From Candidatus Rifleibacteriota bacterium (GTDB taxonomy: Bacteria > Muiribacteriota > Ozemobacteria > Ozemobacterales > Ozemobacteraceae): a DNA stretch of 64,000 nucleotides. The stretch is taken from contig JAAYVD010000050.1 in NCBI GenBank assembly GCA_012517355.1, positions 23,350 to 87,349 of the forward strand, written 5' to 3'. Shown piece after piece: positions 1-8,258 of this stretch. Under the pieces are notes generated by a model. It searched no databases, was not told the origin of the DNA, and saw only the letters and a list, made by a program, of their open reading frames with translations. The position numbers and the translations under genes were made by a program. How positions within the stretch are numbered: the stretch's first letter is position 1; every line of letters begins with the position of its first letter.

Positions 1-220
1 ACCATGTTCCTGTCATCTCCAGCCGCCGGCCGGGAGGGCCGGCGGCATGCGCGGTCCGGGCGGGAAGCCCGGGCCGGCCACGGAACCGGGGGGCCGGCCC
101 GGAACGGGGGGGCCGGGCGGGGCCGGTCCGGAGCCTTCCCGGGGGGCCGGCCGCGACGCGGGGGAAACCCCGCGGTGGCGGCCGGCCCCGCCGCGAAGGC
201 CGGGGGGCCGGCCCGACCGG

Positions 221-2410
221 CTACTTCCCTGACCGGCCTTCGGGCTTGGGCAGCGAGGGGGCGGGCAGGACGGCGGCGGCGATCTTTTCCGACAACCCGA
301 GGGAACCGGCGTTGTCGAGCAGGTTGCGCACCATGTCCTGGGCCTCCTTGTCGGGGGCGTTGACCAGCATCTTGCCGAGCAGGGCGGCCACCGACAGGTT
401 CTTGACGTCCTCGGTGGAGGCCCCGAACAGCGAGACGGCCTTCTTCAGCCGCAGCTTGAAGGTCTCGGGGTCGCCGGTCAGGAAGGTGTCGCGCAGGGCG
501 GACAGGGTCTGGCTGTTGTCGACCATGCGGTCGAGGGCCTTGCCGGCCGCCACCGAGCTGGTGATCTTGTCGAAGAAGCTCTGGTCGCCGCCCACGATGT
601 CGATGCGGGCCGACTGCAGGGCGGCCGACATGACGTCGCGCTGGTATTCGGCGATGTGCTGGTTGGCCGTGATCTGGGCCAGTTCGATCTCCTTGTCCTT
701 GGCCAGCCGGAGCTTGAACTCCTCGTGGCCGCGGCCGGCGACGTCGAGCAGTTTCATCGAGTTGGCCTTCTCCTCGATGCCCTTCGCCTCGGCCGAATAC
801 TTCATCTCGAGAACCTTGGCGTCGATGGTGCCCTGCTTCTCGAGGGCTTCGGCCTTCACCTGGATGGCCTTCGCCTCGGCGATGGCCTTCACTTCGAGGA
901 CCCGGGCCTCGACCCCGCCCTGCTTCTCGAGGGCGCCGGCCTTGGCTTCGATGCCCTTCGCCTCGGCGAGGGCCTTGCGTTCGAGCACCACCGCCTCGGC
1001 CGTGCCCTGCTTCTCGAGGGCGACCGCCTTGGTCTCCATCACCTGCGCCTCGGCCAGGCCCTGGGCGGCGACTTCGGCCTGTTTGGCCAGAGCCAGCATC
1101 TTCTTCACTTCCATTTCCTTCTCGGCGGCCTTGCGCTGCGCTTCCCACTCGATCTCGGTCTGCTGGGCGGCGAACTCGGACGACCGGCGGTTGGCCTCGG
1201 CCTTCTTGACGTCGGCGATCAGCACCTGCTCGGCTTCCATCTCGGCCTTGACGATCTGCACTTTCTTCTCGCGCTCGGCCTTGGCGAACTCCTGCACGTC
1301 GTAGATGCGCTGCTCCTCCTCGGCGGTGGCCCGCTGCACGCTCATGCGCTGCCGGATCACTTCCTGGATGCTCTTCTGCTCGACCTCGATGACCTTGGTC
1401 TTCTCGATCTGCGCGAGGGCAACGATCCGCTCGCGTTCGGTCTGCTCGAGGGCGCGGTCCTTCTCGACCCGCTCGGTCTCGACCTGCTGCGCCCGATCCC
1501 TGTTCTTGGCGGCCACGATGATCTGGCGGTTCTTGTTCTCCTCGGCCACCGCGATCTCCTCGTCGGCCTGGATGCGCGCCCGCTCGGCCTTGAGGCGCTC
1601 CTCGGCCTGCACCTTGTGCGCCTCGGCCTCCTCGCGGGCCTTGGTGGCGGCGATCTCGCGCCGCTGCCGCTGCTCGGCTTCGGCCTGCTGACGCTGCAGC
1701 TCGAGGATGGTCTCGCGGGCCTTCACGTTCTGCTGCTCGATCGTCATTTCCTTCTCGCGCTGGATCTGGTTGGCCAGCGTCAACTGTTCGGCGGTGATCT
1801 GGCTGATCTTCTTGATGCCTTCGCAGTCGAGGATGTTGTTCGGGTTCAGCTTCTCGAGCGGGGTCTGCTCGAGGTAGTCGATGGCGGCATCTTCGAGCAC
1901 GTAACCGTTGAGGTCGGTGCCGATGGTGTCGATGATCTCGTCCTTGAACCGCTTGCGCTCGGTGTACAGCTCGATGAAATTGAACGCCTTGCCCACCGTC
2001 TTCAGGGCTTCCGAGAACTTGGCGTCGAACAGCTCGACCAGGGCATTCATGTCGGAGGCCCGCCGGCAGCCCAGCGACTGGGCGACCTTCAGCACGTCCT
2101 TGTCGGTGTTGTTGACCCGCACGAAGAACCGCACCTTGACGTCGGCGCGCAGGTTGTCCTTGCAGATCAGCCCTTCGGCGCCGTGCCGGTCGATCTCCAC
2201 GGTCTTGACCGACAGGTCCATCAGCTCGACCCGATGGACGACCGGCACCACCACCAGACCGCCGAAGGACACCTTCTGGCCGCCCATCCCGTTGCGGATG
2301 AGGGCGGTGCCCTGGGAGACCTGGTGGTAGCACTTGAACACCAGGCCTATGATCCCCAAGATGACGATGGCTACGAACCCGACACCGGTAAAGGCAATGT
2401 ACTCGAACAT
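221..2410 (-). CDS. Flotillin-family (SPFH/Band-7) membrane-scaffold protein, 729 aa. N-terminal TM segment plus SPFH domain, followed by a very long E/A/K/Q-rich coiled coil.
   Basis: N-terminal hydrophobic segment MFEYIAFTGVGFVAIVILGIIGLVF followed by the SPFH-like block (ALIRNGMGG...VKTVEID...ADVKVRF). After that comes about 400 aa of EA/EK/EQ heptad-like repeats, typical of YqiK/flotillin. Third-codon positions are GC-rich. It sits next to an NfeD/YqiJ-like gene. Confidence 0.85.
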   Translation of the reverse strand: MFEYIAFTGVGFVAIVILGIIGLVFKCYHQVSQGTALIRNGMGGQKVSFGGLVVVPVVHRVELMDLSVKTVEIDRHGAEGLICKDNLRADVKVRFFVRVNNTDKDVLKVAQSLGCRRASDMNALVELFDAKFSEALKTVGKAFNFIELYTERKRFKDEIIDTIGTDLNGYVLEDAAIDYLEQTPLEKLNPNNILDCEGIKKISQITAEQLTLANQIQREKEMTIEQQNVKARETILELQRQQAEAEQRQRREIAATKAREEAEAHKVQAEERLKAERARIQADEEIAVAEENKNRQIIVAAKNRDRAQQVETERVEKDRALEQTERERIVALAQIEKTKVIEVEQKSIQEVIRQRMSVQRATAEEEQRIYDVQEFAKAEREKKVQIVKAEMEAEQVLIADVKKAEANRRSSEFAAQQTEIEWEAQRKAAEKEMEVKKMLALAKQAEVAAQGLAEAQVMETKAVALEKQGTAEAVVLERKALAEAKGIEAKAGALEKQGGVEARVLEVKAIAEAKAIQVKAEALEKQGTIDAKVLEMKYSAEAKGIEEKANSMKLLDVAGRGHEEFKLRLAKDKEIELAQITANQHIAEYQRDVMSAALQSARIDIVGGDQSFFDKITSSVAAGKALDRMVDNSQTLSALRDTFLTGDPETFKLRLKKAVSLFGASTEDVKNLSVAALLGKMLVNAPDKEAQDMVRNLLDNAGSLGLSEKIAAAVLPAPSLPKPEGRSGK

Positions 2411-2475
2411 ATCCTCGGCCTCCGATCTGGTTTGGTCTGCGAACGCCGGCGACCGCCGCGGGGGCGGCCGGCCGG

Positions 2476-3270
2476 TCAGGACTTCCCGGTCTTGTCCTCC
2501 AGCTCGGGCTGCTGGAAGGCATAGGGTTTGACGATGTACAGATGCTTCTGGGCATCGTAGCGGATGATGAGGGCCTGTTCCCCCTTCTTCATGGAAACCC
2601 CCTCGACGGTGCGGACGGTGAGCAGCAGCGGGGCTCCGGAAGTCTCGACCTCGGCCTGGCCGAAGCCCCCGTCGGCCCGGCTGGTGGAGATGACGCAGGT
2701 CTTGCCGACGACCTTCTCGTGCTGTTCGTATTCCTTGCCCAGCACCCGGAACAGGCTGCCGAAGGGGGCGGAGGCCACCCGGGCCGCCAGGAAGCTGACC
2801 ACGAAGATGGGAATGGCCAGCGCGAGGGCGATCAGGATCGAGGTGTTGCCGAGGGTGTAGTTGATCCCCATCGACAGGGCCCAGGCGGCCAGGGCGAAGA
2901 AACTGAAGAACACGGTGACGGGGACACCGCCCAGCGACAGCAGCTTGGGGACCCCGCTGAGGAACCCGGCTTCCGCCCCCACGTCGGCGTCGGCCCCGCC
3001 ATCGGCGTCCGCCCCCGCATCGGCATCACCACCCGCATCGGCGTCGCCGCCGGCATCCACGTCGCCACCGGCATCGACGTCACCGCCCACGTCACCGCCG
3101 TCCAGCCCGAGGTCGCCGCCGGCGTCGGGGGCGGCCTCTCCGCCATGACCGAACAGGTCGAGGTCGAACACCCCCAGGATGACGGACAGCCAGTACAGGC
3201 CGGCGACCGCCAGCATGATGGTGTACGGCAGGTTCACCCAGGCAACACAGGCCTTCAGGAACAGATCCAT
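2476..3270 (-). CDS. NfeD/YqiJ-like membrane protein (flotillin partner): TM helices plus a C-terminal OB-fold beta-barrel. It carries an internal acidic (D-A-G-G)n low-complexity loop.
   Basis: Start ATG at 3270 (MDLFLKACVAWVNLPYTIMLAVAGLYWLSVILG). Several TM helices. C-terminal block GKTCVISTSRADGGFGQAEVETSGAPLLLTVRTVEGVSMKKGEQALIIRYDAQKHLYIVKP resembles the NfeD OB-fold. It is 65 nt upstream of, and co-oriented with, the flotillin gene, the conserved yqiJ-yqiK-type arrangement. Confidence 0.6.
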   Translation of the reverse strand: MDLFLKACVAWVNLPYTIMLAVAGLYWLSVILGVFDLDLFGHGGEAAPDAGGDLGLDGGDVGGDVDAGGDVDAGGDADAGGDADAGADADGGADADVGAEAGFLSGVPKLLSLGGVPVTVFFSFFALAAWALSMGINYTLGNTSILIALALAIPIFVVSFLAARVASAPFGSLFRVLGKEYEQHEKVVGKTCVISTSRADGGFGQAEVETSGAPLLLTVRTVEGVSMKKGEQALIIRYDAQKHLYIVKPYAFQQPELEDKTGKS

Positions 3271-3492
3271 GGTGGTCGTCTTCCCGAGCGAGGTTCCGGA
3301 CGCGCCAGGGGCGCCCGTCGTCGCCATGATACTTGCCGTACCCTGCGGGGGTCAACCGTTTTCTGCCCCTGAGGGCCAGCCGCCCCCACCTTTCCCCGTC
3401 CGGGGTACCTTACCGGCGGATCAGGAAAAACTTGACCCCGCGCCCACGGCAAAGTATGAATGGAAGAGATCGCCTGCCGGAGAGGATTGGCT

Positions 3493-4038
3493 ATGGAACC
3501 TGTCAAGGCATTCCCGGGGATCCACCCCCTGGCCCGGCCGATGTACGCCATCGGCGTGTTTTTCCTCGCCGCCGCCGCCTATACGGCCTTTCCCACCGGC
3601 ACCCCCACCGACTGGACCTGGTTCCTGGCCGGCCTGGCCGCCCTGATGGTGATCCTCGCCCTCGGCACCCGACGGACCGTCCTCGTCGATGTTTCGGGGG
3701 TCATCTCCGAGGTCAACCATATCGCCTTCGTCCCCCGCCAGACGATCCTGGCCAGGTTTCCAGAGGTGGGGTCGGTGATCGCCCGGTTCTGGCACCTGCC
3801 CGAGACCGGCGGCCACCGGGTCACCTTCGACCTGCGGGTCAAACTGAGCCACGGGCCGTCCTTCTCGATCCTCCCCCCAAAGGTCCTCGGCACCCTTCCC
3901 CCCGCCACCCACCCGGGACTGGCCAATTACCCGGACGACCTGCGGGAAGAGGCGAAGAACGCCATGGCCGAAGCCCATGCCCTCGCAGAGCGGATCGGCT
4001 GTCCGCTGTCGATCATCGAACCCCCGGACCTCTCCTGA
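3493..4038 (+). CDS. Hypothetical membrane protein, 181 aa.
   Basis: ATG at 3493 is preceded by GGAGAGG. Two predicted TM helices (AIGVFFLAAAAYTAF, WFLAGLAALMVILAL). Codon third positions are GC-rich. No recognisable family. Confidence 0.45.
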   Translation: MEPVKAFPGIHPLARPMYAIGVFFLAAAAYTAFPTGTPTDWTWFLAGLAALMVILALGTRRTVLVDVSGVISEVNHIAFVPRQTILARFPEVGSVIARFWHLPETGGHRVTFDLRVKLSHGPSFSILPPKVLGTLPPATHPGLANYPDDLREEAKNAMAEAHALAERIGCPLSIIEPPDLS

Positions 4039-4206
4039 GCCACCCGAGCTGACTTCCCCTGGATTCCCCACCGGTGACGACCGGTGGGTGACGACCGGTC
4101 GGCCGGTCGCGTCGGGAGGCATCCTTTTCCTCCCGTTGGCGAAAGCCGGAAACACCCGCCTGCAACCAGGGAGAAGGCGGTTGGACGGAGGGACCGGATC
4201 AGCGGA

Positions 4207-4650
4207 TCAGCGGGAGAGGTCGGCGGGGGGACTGGCGAGGTCGCTCTCGTCCTCGGGAATGTCGTCCACGACAGGCTCGTCTTCCGGCTGTCCTTCGGAA
4301 GGATGGTCCGTGTCGGGAGAGTCCGCTTCTTCCGCGACCAAGGGGAGGTGGCAGGCCGGGCAGGTGCCGGGGCCGTCGGCTCCGAACCCGCATTCCGGAC
4401 AGGAGTAGGGATACACCGGCCCTTCCTCGACGAGGGTGTCCTCTTCCGAAGGGGTATCGACCTCTTCCAGCGGGGTCGGCGCGGTTGCCGGAACGGCGCC
4501 GGCCGGCAGGCCAGCCGCTGCCGTGGCGGGGACCAATCCACCATGGGAACCGGCCAGACGGGCGGCCGGACTGGCCAGGGGGGCAGCCCCGGCGATCCCT
4601 CCCAGGAGAGCCAACAGAACACCCGCCACCAGAACCATCACATACCGCAT
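4207..4650 (-). CDS. Hypothetical secreted protein with a CxxC...CxxC zinc-ribbon and an acidic C-terminus, 147 aa.
   Basis: Start ATG at 4650 (MRYVMVLVAGVLLALLGGIAGAAP, signal-peptide-like) preceded by GGAGAAG. Motif YPYSCPECGF...GTCPACHLPL. Asp/Glu/Pro-rich tail. Confidence 0.45.
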   Translation of the reverse strand: MRYVMVLVAGVLLALLGGIAGAAPLASPAARLAGSHGGLVPATAAAGLPAGAVPATAPTPLEEVDTPSEEDTLVEEGPVYPYSCPECGFGADGPGTCPACHLPLVAEEADSPDTDHPSEGQPEDEPVVDDIPEDESDLASPPADLSR

Positions 4651-4750
4651 GCCACGCTTCTCCGACCCGACGAATTCCGAACGAGAATGGCCGCAGCATA
4701 CTGCAATTTCCCCGACCCGGCAACATACCCTCACTCCTCCAAGGATCCGC

Positions 4751-4861
4751 CATGGTTCCGGGAGTGGCGGTCAGCCGCTTCCCGACATGGGCTCCGGGAG
4801 TGGCGGTCAGCCGCTTCCCGACATGGGCTCCGGGAGCTGCGGTCAGCCGCTTCCCGACATG
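4751..4861. repeat. Tandem direct repeat, 36-bp unit x3 (ATGGGCTCCGGGAGTGGCGGTCAGCCGCTTCCCGAC), intergenic.
   Basis: Read directly: units at 4751-4785, 4786-4821 and 4822-4857, with 1-2 mismatches between them. Confidence 0.75.
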
Positions 4862-4898
4862 GCGAATCCCGGGGTCCGCCTCTTCCGAAGGCGCGGGG

Positions 4899-4990
4899 TT
4901 GCTGGAACCCGACCGACACGCTGTCGGAAGTGCCCCCTTGCCGCCACGGATGGCGGCGCGAAACGCCAGGGTCGCGCATCGCAAAGGGGC
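4899..4990 (+). repeat. REP-like dispersed element, copy A (two adjacent stem-loops: GCCGCCAcggaTGGCGGC and GCGCGAAACGC...GCGCATCGC).
   Basis: Near-identical core TTGCCGCCACGGATGGCGGCGCGAAACGC...GCGCATCGCaAAGGGGCC recurs at 16615-16700 (same orientation) and at 61945-62100 (inverted). The ORF-track translations ...PCRHGWRRE...SRIAKGP... recur at all three loci. Confidence 0.7.
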
Positions 4991-5501
4991 CGGACCGCGG
5001 CCCATCCGTCTGACTTCTTTCGCCTGGCTTCCTCCCGGGGCTGTGCCATCAACAGCCCTCACTATGGCTACCGGAGCTGTTCTCCGGCCTGCTTCAGCCT
5101 GACACGTCGATGGGGTCAGGGTCTGAGGAGTCCCGGTTCTCCAGAAAAGCTTCGGCCCGCTGAGTGGGATTTCCTGCTGTGCCTTCCGGCAGGTTGCTTC
5201 CGGTGCCGGGCCCGGCTATACTCCTGACCGGCCGGCACCGGGGCAGGAACCGCCCAACCGGCTCGCCCCCGATGGGCACCGTCATCCTGCCACGTTCCTT
5301 CCGGGAGGTTTTGCAGCCCAGATGACCGCCACCGTGAAACGCGCCACCATCTCCCCGCCGGAGCTCCCCCCGCACACCCCCCGCCACGCCACCCCTCTTC
5401 CCGTCCGGCAGGTGAGCCCCGGCCCCCCGCGGTGAGATGATGACAGAAGTTCCCCTGCGGCCGGGTCCTCGTTTCTTGATCCTCCTGGTTGAGACGGGGC
5501 C

Positions 5502-8258
5502 ATGAGCGACCGGACACCCGGTCTGAACACCGGAAGGCTCCAGGGACCGGACCTTCCGGCCTGGGCGGTCACCGGCCTGTGGGCGGTGCTCGTCCTGGTG
5601 CCCTTCCTGCTGACCGCCTGGCTGGCCGAGGGACTTCAACGCCAGTACCGCGCGTCGGCCGTCAGGCAGACCGGACGCCGGCTGGAACGGGCCGCCCGCC
5701 GACTGTTCCACGAATCGCATCCCCGCTTCCTGGCCGCCCGCCGGCTCGACGCCCCCACCCCGGGTGAGCTGCCCCCGCACCCGGCCCCGCAAGATATCGG
5801 CGAGGTCCTCGCCCTCCTGCGGGACTTGTTACGCACCGGCCGGCTCCCCGACCAGATCTCCCTGCTCCGGCTGAAACACCGCCTGGGCTGGACCTTCGAT
5901 CTCTTTTCGCTGCGCGGGCGGCCGGGCATTGCCACGGAGATCCTCTGGGACGGCCGGCCCGGCTGGCTTGCCTGGAAGCCTGACGGCCCCGGGGGGAACG
6001 TCCGGACGGAGGTCGTCCTGCCCCCGCCCCGCGCCCTGTCCCTGCGCGACCGGTGCCAGGAAGCCGCCGCGCGGGCGGGGGTGGCCTGGGCGGTGACCGA
6101 CCGCGCCAGCCGCCGCTGGTGGCGGAGCCCCACGTTCGCCGACCCGGTCCCCGGACTCCTCCGGGCGATCGGACCACGCGACCGGGGAACCCTGGTCCAC
6201 GGCGGCCGGCTCGTCTGGTTCGACCGGGTCGGCCGGGAAGGCCGCTTCCTGGTCTCCACCCCGCTGCCCGTCCTGGCCCGGCCCGACCTGGCCGGGTGGC
6301 TGCCGCTGGCCGGAGGGGCGGCGCTGTTGCTGGTCTCGCTGGTCTTTCCGACGTTCTGCCGCCGTTTCCTGGCCTGGTCGCTCCGGTGGAAACTGCTCGC
6401 CCTGGCCGCCTACCTGGTGAGCGTCCCGCTGGCTCTCGCCCTGCTCCTCGGCCTGGGCTTCCTGAACGGCCGCCGGGAGACCCTGGAGGGCCAGCGGCTG
6501 ACCGCCTCCCTCAGCGACCTCCAGCTCTTCGATGCCGAGTTCCTCCGGTTCCTGCAAACCGTCGAAGTCCGGCTCCACCGCCTCCACGGGCAGGTGGCCC
6601 GGAGTGCGCCCGACCCCGCCGCCCTGGCCCGGCTGGCCGAGCCCATGTTCCGGGGATTGGTCACCGACCGCCTCCTGCTGCTCGCCTCCGACGGGCAGGT
6701 GCTACTCGACCGATGCTCCGACCACCGCACCGATTCCCTGCTGAACGAAGTGGGAACGGGGTTCCTCCGGCAGGAACTGGAGCGCCAGCGCCCCATCGGC
6801 CCGCCCCCGGAGACCTCCCAGCGGTTCCGGCTGTTCCACGAATCCATCCGCAACTCGACCTGGGGCAGCCATTACCACGTCCAGGGCGTTCTGCAGAAGT
6901 TCCTGTTCGGAACGAGGATCTTCTACACCTTCTGGCGGCTGTTCGCCAGGGGCCATCCCACGCTCGGCATCATGGCCGCCGACCTGTTCCACCAGGACAC
7001 CTCGCGGGCGTTCCTGGCCCGGGGCCGGGGCGTTGCCCGGACGGGCGCCTGCCGGCTGTTCACCTGGCACGGCGAGTCGGGCACCTGGTTCCCCACCCCG
7101 CCCCCCGGACGCCCGGACCTCGAGGCCCTGGTGGAAGCCTCGCGCCGGAGCGGCGAGCCCGAGACCGGCGAGGTGGAAACGCGGGCCGGCAGGACGCTGG
7201 CGTTGGCCGTCCCCGCCCACCATCTCCTCGGCTGCGTGCTGGTGGGGGTTCTGCCGGCCGGCGAGGAGGAGCGGGTCCTGGCCGAGCGGCGCGGGTTGCT
7301 GCTGACGGGAACAGGCCTCACGCTGGCCCTGGCCCTCGCCTGCTGGGTCCTGCTGACGCAGGGGTTGCTCCTCCCCGTGCGTGAGATCCTGGCGGGGATC
7401 GCCCGCCTGCGGCGCCTGGAAACGCACCCCCCCATCCCGGTCCTCGGCGACGACGAACTGGCCCGTCTGGCGAAGGGCATCAACCGGATGATGGACATCA
7501 CCGACGAACTCGACCTGGCCCGGGTGGTCCAGCGTGCCTTCGTGCCCGAGGCCCCGCCCCCCCTGCAACGATGGCGGATCGCGTTCTGGGAGAGCCGCCG
7601 GCTGGGGGTGGAAGGCGCCTTCTTCGACTGGTATCCCTGCCCCGACGGGCAGTGGGCCGTGTTGCTGGGCACCGCCACGGGCAGCGGGGTCCGGTCGGCC
7701 CTGATCATGGCGATGGTGAAGGCGCAGGCCTTCCTCCATTTCCGCGGGAACCGGCCCCCCGAGGGGTTCCTCGACCGGGTGCGCGAGGCCCTTCCCGACC
7801 TGGGCGTCACCCGGGCCTGCATGGCCCTTTCCCTGCTGGTCATCGACGAGGCCGGAGCCCGGCTGGCCTTCGTGGGGGCGGGAAGCCCCTTCGCCCTCGT
7901 CCGGTCGGCCCCGCCGGGCCCGGGCGCCCCCGTGGCCGTCGACTTCGTTGGTTCCCCTTCGCCGCCGCTGGGCGCCAGGGCTGCCGGTTCCTTCCCCGCC
8001 GTCTCCGTGCCCCTGGGGCCGGGCAAGGCCCTGCTCCTGTTCACCACCGGGGTGGCCCACGCCGCCGGCCCCGATGGCCAACCCCTGGGTTTCGAAGCCC
8101 TGCGCGAAGCCTTCGCGGCCGCCGACCCCCGGGCCGCCGACCCGCTGCGGCCCCTGCGGGAAAGGCTTCAGCAGCACGTCCAGGGCGGTGGGCGGGGAAA
8201 GGAGGCCTTCCTCCTGGTCTGGGATCCGGGCCCGCCGGCCGAGGGAGGATCCCGGTGA
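5502..8258 (+). CDS. Membrane sensor with a HAMP domain and a degenerate PP2C/SpoIIE-like domain (predicted pseudo-phosphatase), 918 aa.
   Basis: N-terminal TM (VTGLWAVLVLVPFLLTAWLA), a periplasmic-type region, a second TM block, and a HAMP-like segment (LLPVREILAGIARLRRLETHPPIPVLGDDELARLAKGINRMMDITDEL). The C-terminal SpoIIE-like fold is present, but the metal-binding motifs are replaced: LGTATGSG instead of GDVxGHG, and LFTTGVAHAAG instead of YTDG. Confidence 0.65.
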   Translation: MSDRTPGLNTGRLQGPDLPAWAVTGLWAVLVLVPFLLTAWLAEGLQRQYRASAVRQTGRRLERAARRLFHESHPRFLAARRLDAPTPGELPPHPAPQDIGEVLALLRDLLRTGRLPDQISLLRLKHRLGWTFDLFSLRGRPGIATEILWDGRPGWLAWKPDGPGGNVRTEVVLPPPRALSLRDRCQEAAARAGVAWAVTDRASRRWWRSPTFADPVPGLLRAIGPRDRGTLVHGGRLVWFDRVGREGRFLVSTPLPVLARPDLAGWLPLAGGAALLLVSLVFPTFCRRFLAWSLRWKLLALAAYLVSVPLALALLLGLGFLNGRRETLEGQRLTASLSDLQLFDAEFLRFLQTVEVRLHRLHGQVARSAPDPAALARLAEPMFRGLVTDRLLLLASDGQVLLDRCSDHRTDSLLNEVGTGFLRQELERQRPIGPPPETSQRFRLFHESIRNSTWGSHYHVQGVLQKFLFGTRIFYTFWRLFARGHPTLGIMAADLFHQDTSRAFLARGRGVARTGACRLFTWHGESGTWFPTPPPGRPDLEALVEASRRSGEPETGEVETRAGRTLALAVPAHHLLGCVLVGVLPAGEEERVLAERRGLLLTGTGLTLALALACWVLLTQGLLLPVREILAGIARLRRLETHPPIPVLGDDELARLAKGINRMMDITDELDLARVVQRAFVPEAPPPLQRWRIAFWESRRLGVEGAFFDWYPCPDGQWAVLLGTATGSGVRSALIMAMVKAQAFLHFRGNRPPEGFLDRVREALPDLGVTRACMALSLLVIDEAGARLAFVGAGSPFALVRSAPPGPGAPVAVDFVGSPSPPLGARAAGSFPAVSVPLGPGKALLLFTTGVAHAAGPDGQPLGFEALREAFAAADPRAADPLRPLRERLQQHVQGGGRGKEAFLLVWDPGPPAEGGSR

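Noticed and set aside
4-363. ORFs 4..363 and 47..232 at the window start, in an extremely GC-rich GGGGGGCCGGCC-type low-complexity region.
   Set aside because: Poly-Gly/Pro/Arg products and simple-sequence DNA. More likely a GC-rich downstream/terminator region of the flotillin gene than coding. No start or RBS support.
656-2524. Long ORFs on the strand opposite to, or out of frame with, real genes: for example 656..2524(+), 246..1304(+), 6702..8177(-), 6923..8047(-), 8744..10909(-), 12677..14605(+), 12804..15755(-), 16533..18800(-), 16988..20587(+), 29756..34951(-), 42643..47298(-), 52674..59252(+), 61925..63913(-).
   Set aside because: These are typical high-GC shadow ORFs. Their products are Gly/Arg/Pro/Ala/Glu-rich low-complexity strings and their codon third positions are not GC-enriched. 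Each is fully overlapped by a gene with clear domain content on the other strand or frame.
4751-4861. Considered the 36-bp and 26-bp tandem arrays (4751-4861 and 25137-25300) as CRISPR arrays.
   Set aside because: There are no unique spacers between repeats; the units abut directly. Units are too few and degenerate, and no cas genes are in the window.
7571-8254. 5' extension of the second HAMP-PP2C gene, which would make it 1160 aa.
   Set aside because: The extension lies entirely inside the first paralogue in another frame. A GTG with a GGGAGG Shine-Dalgarno sequence at 8255, overlapping the upstream stop, is a much better start.
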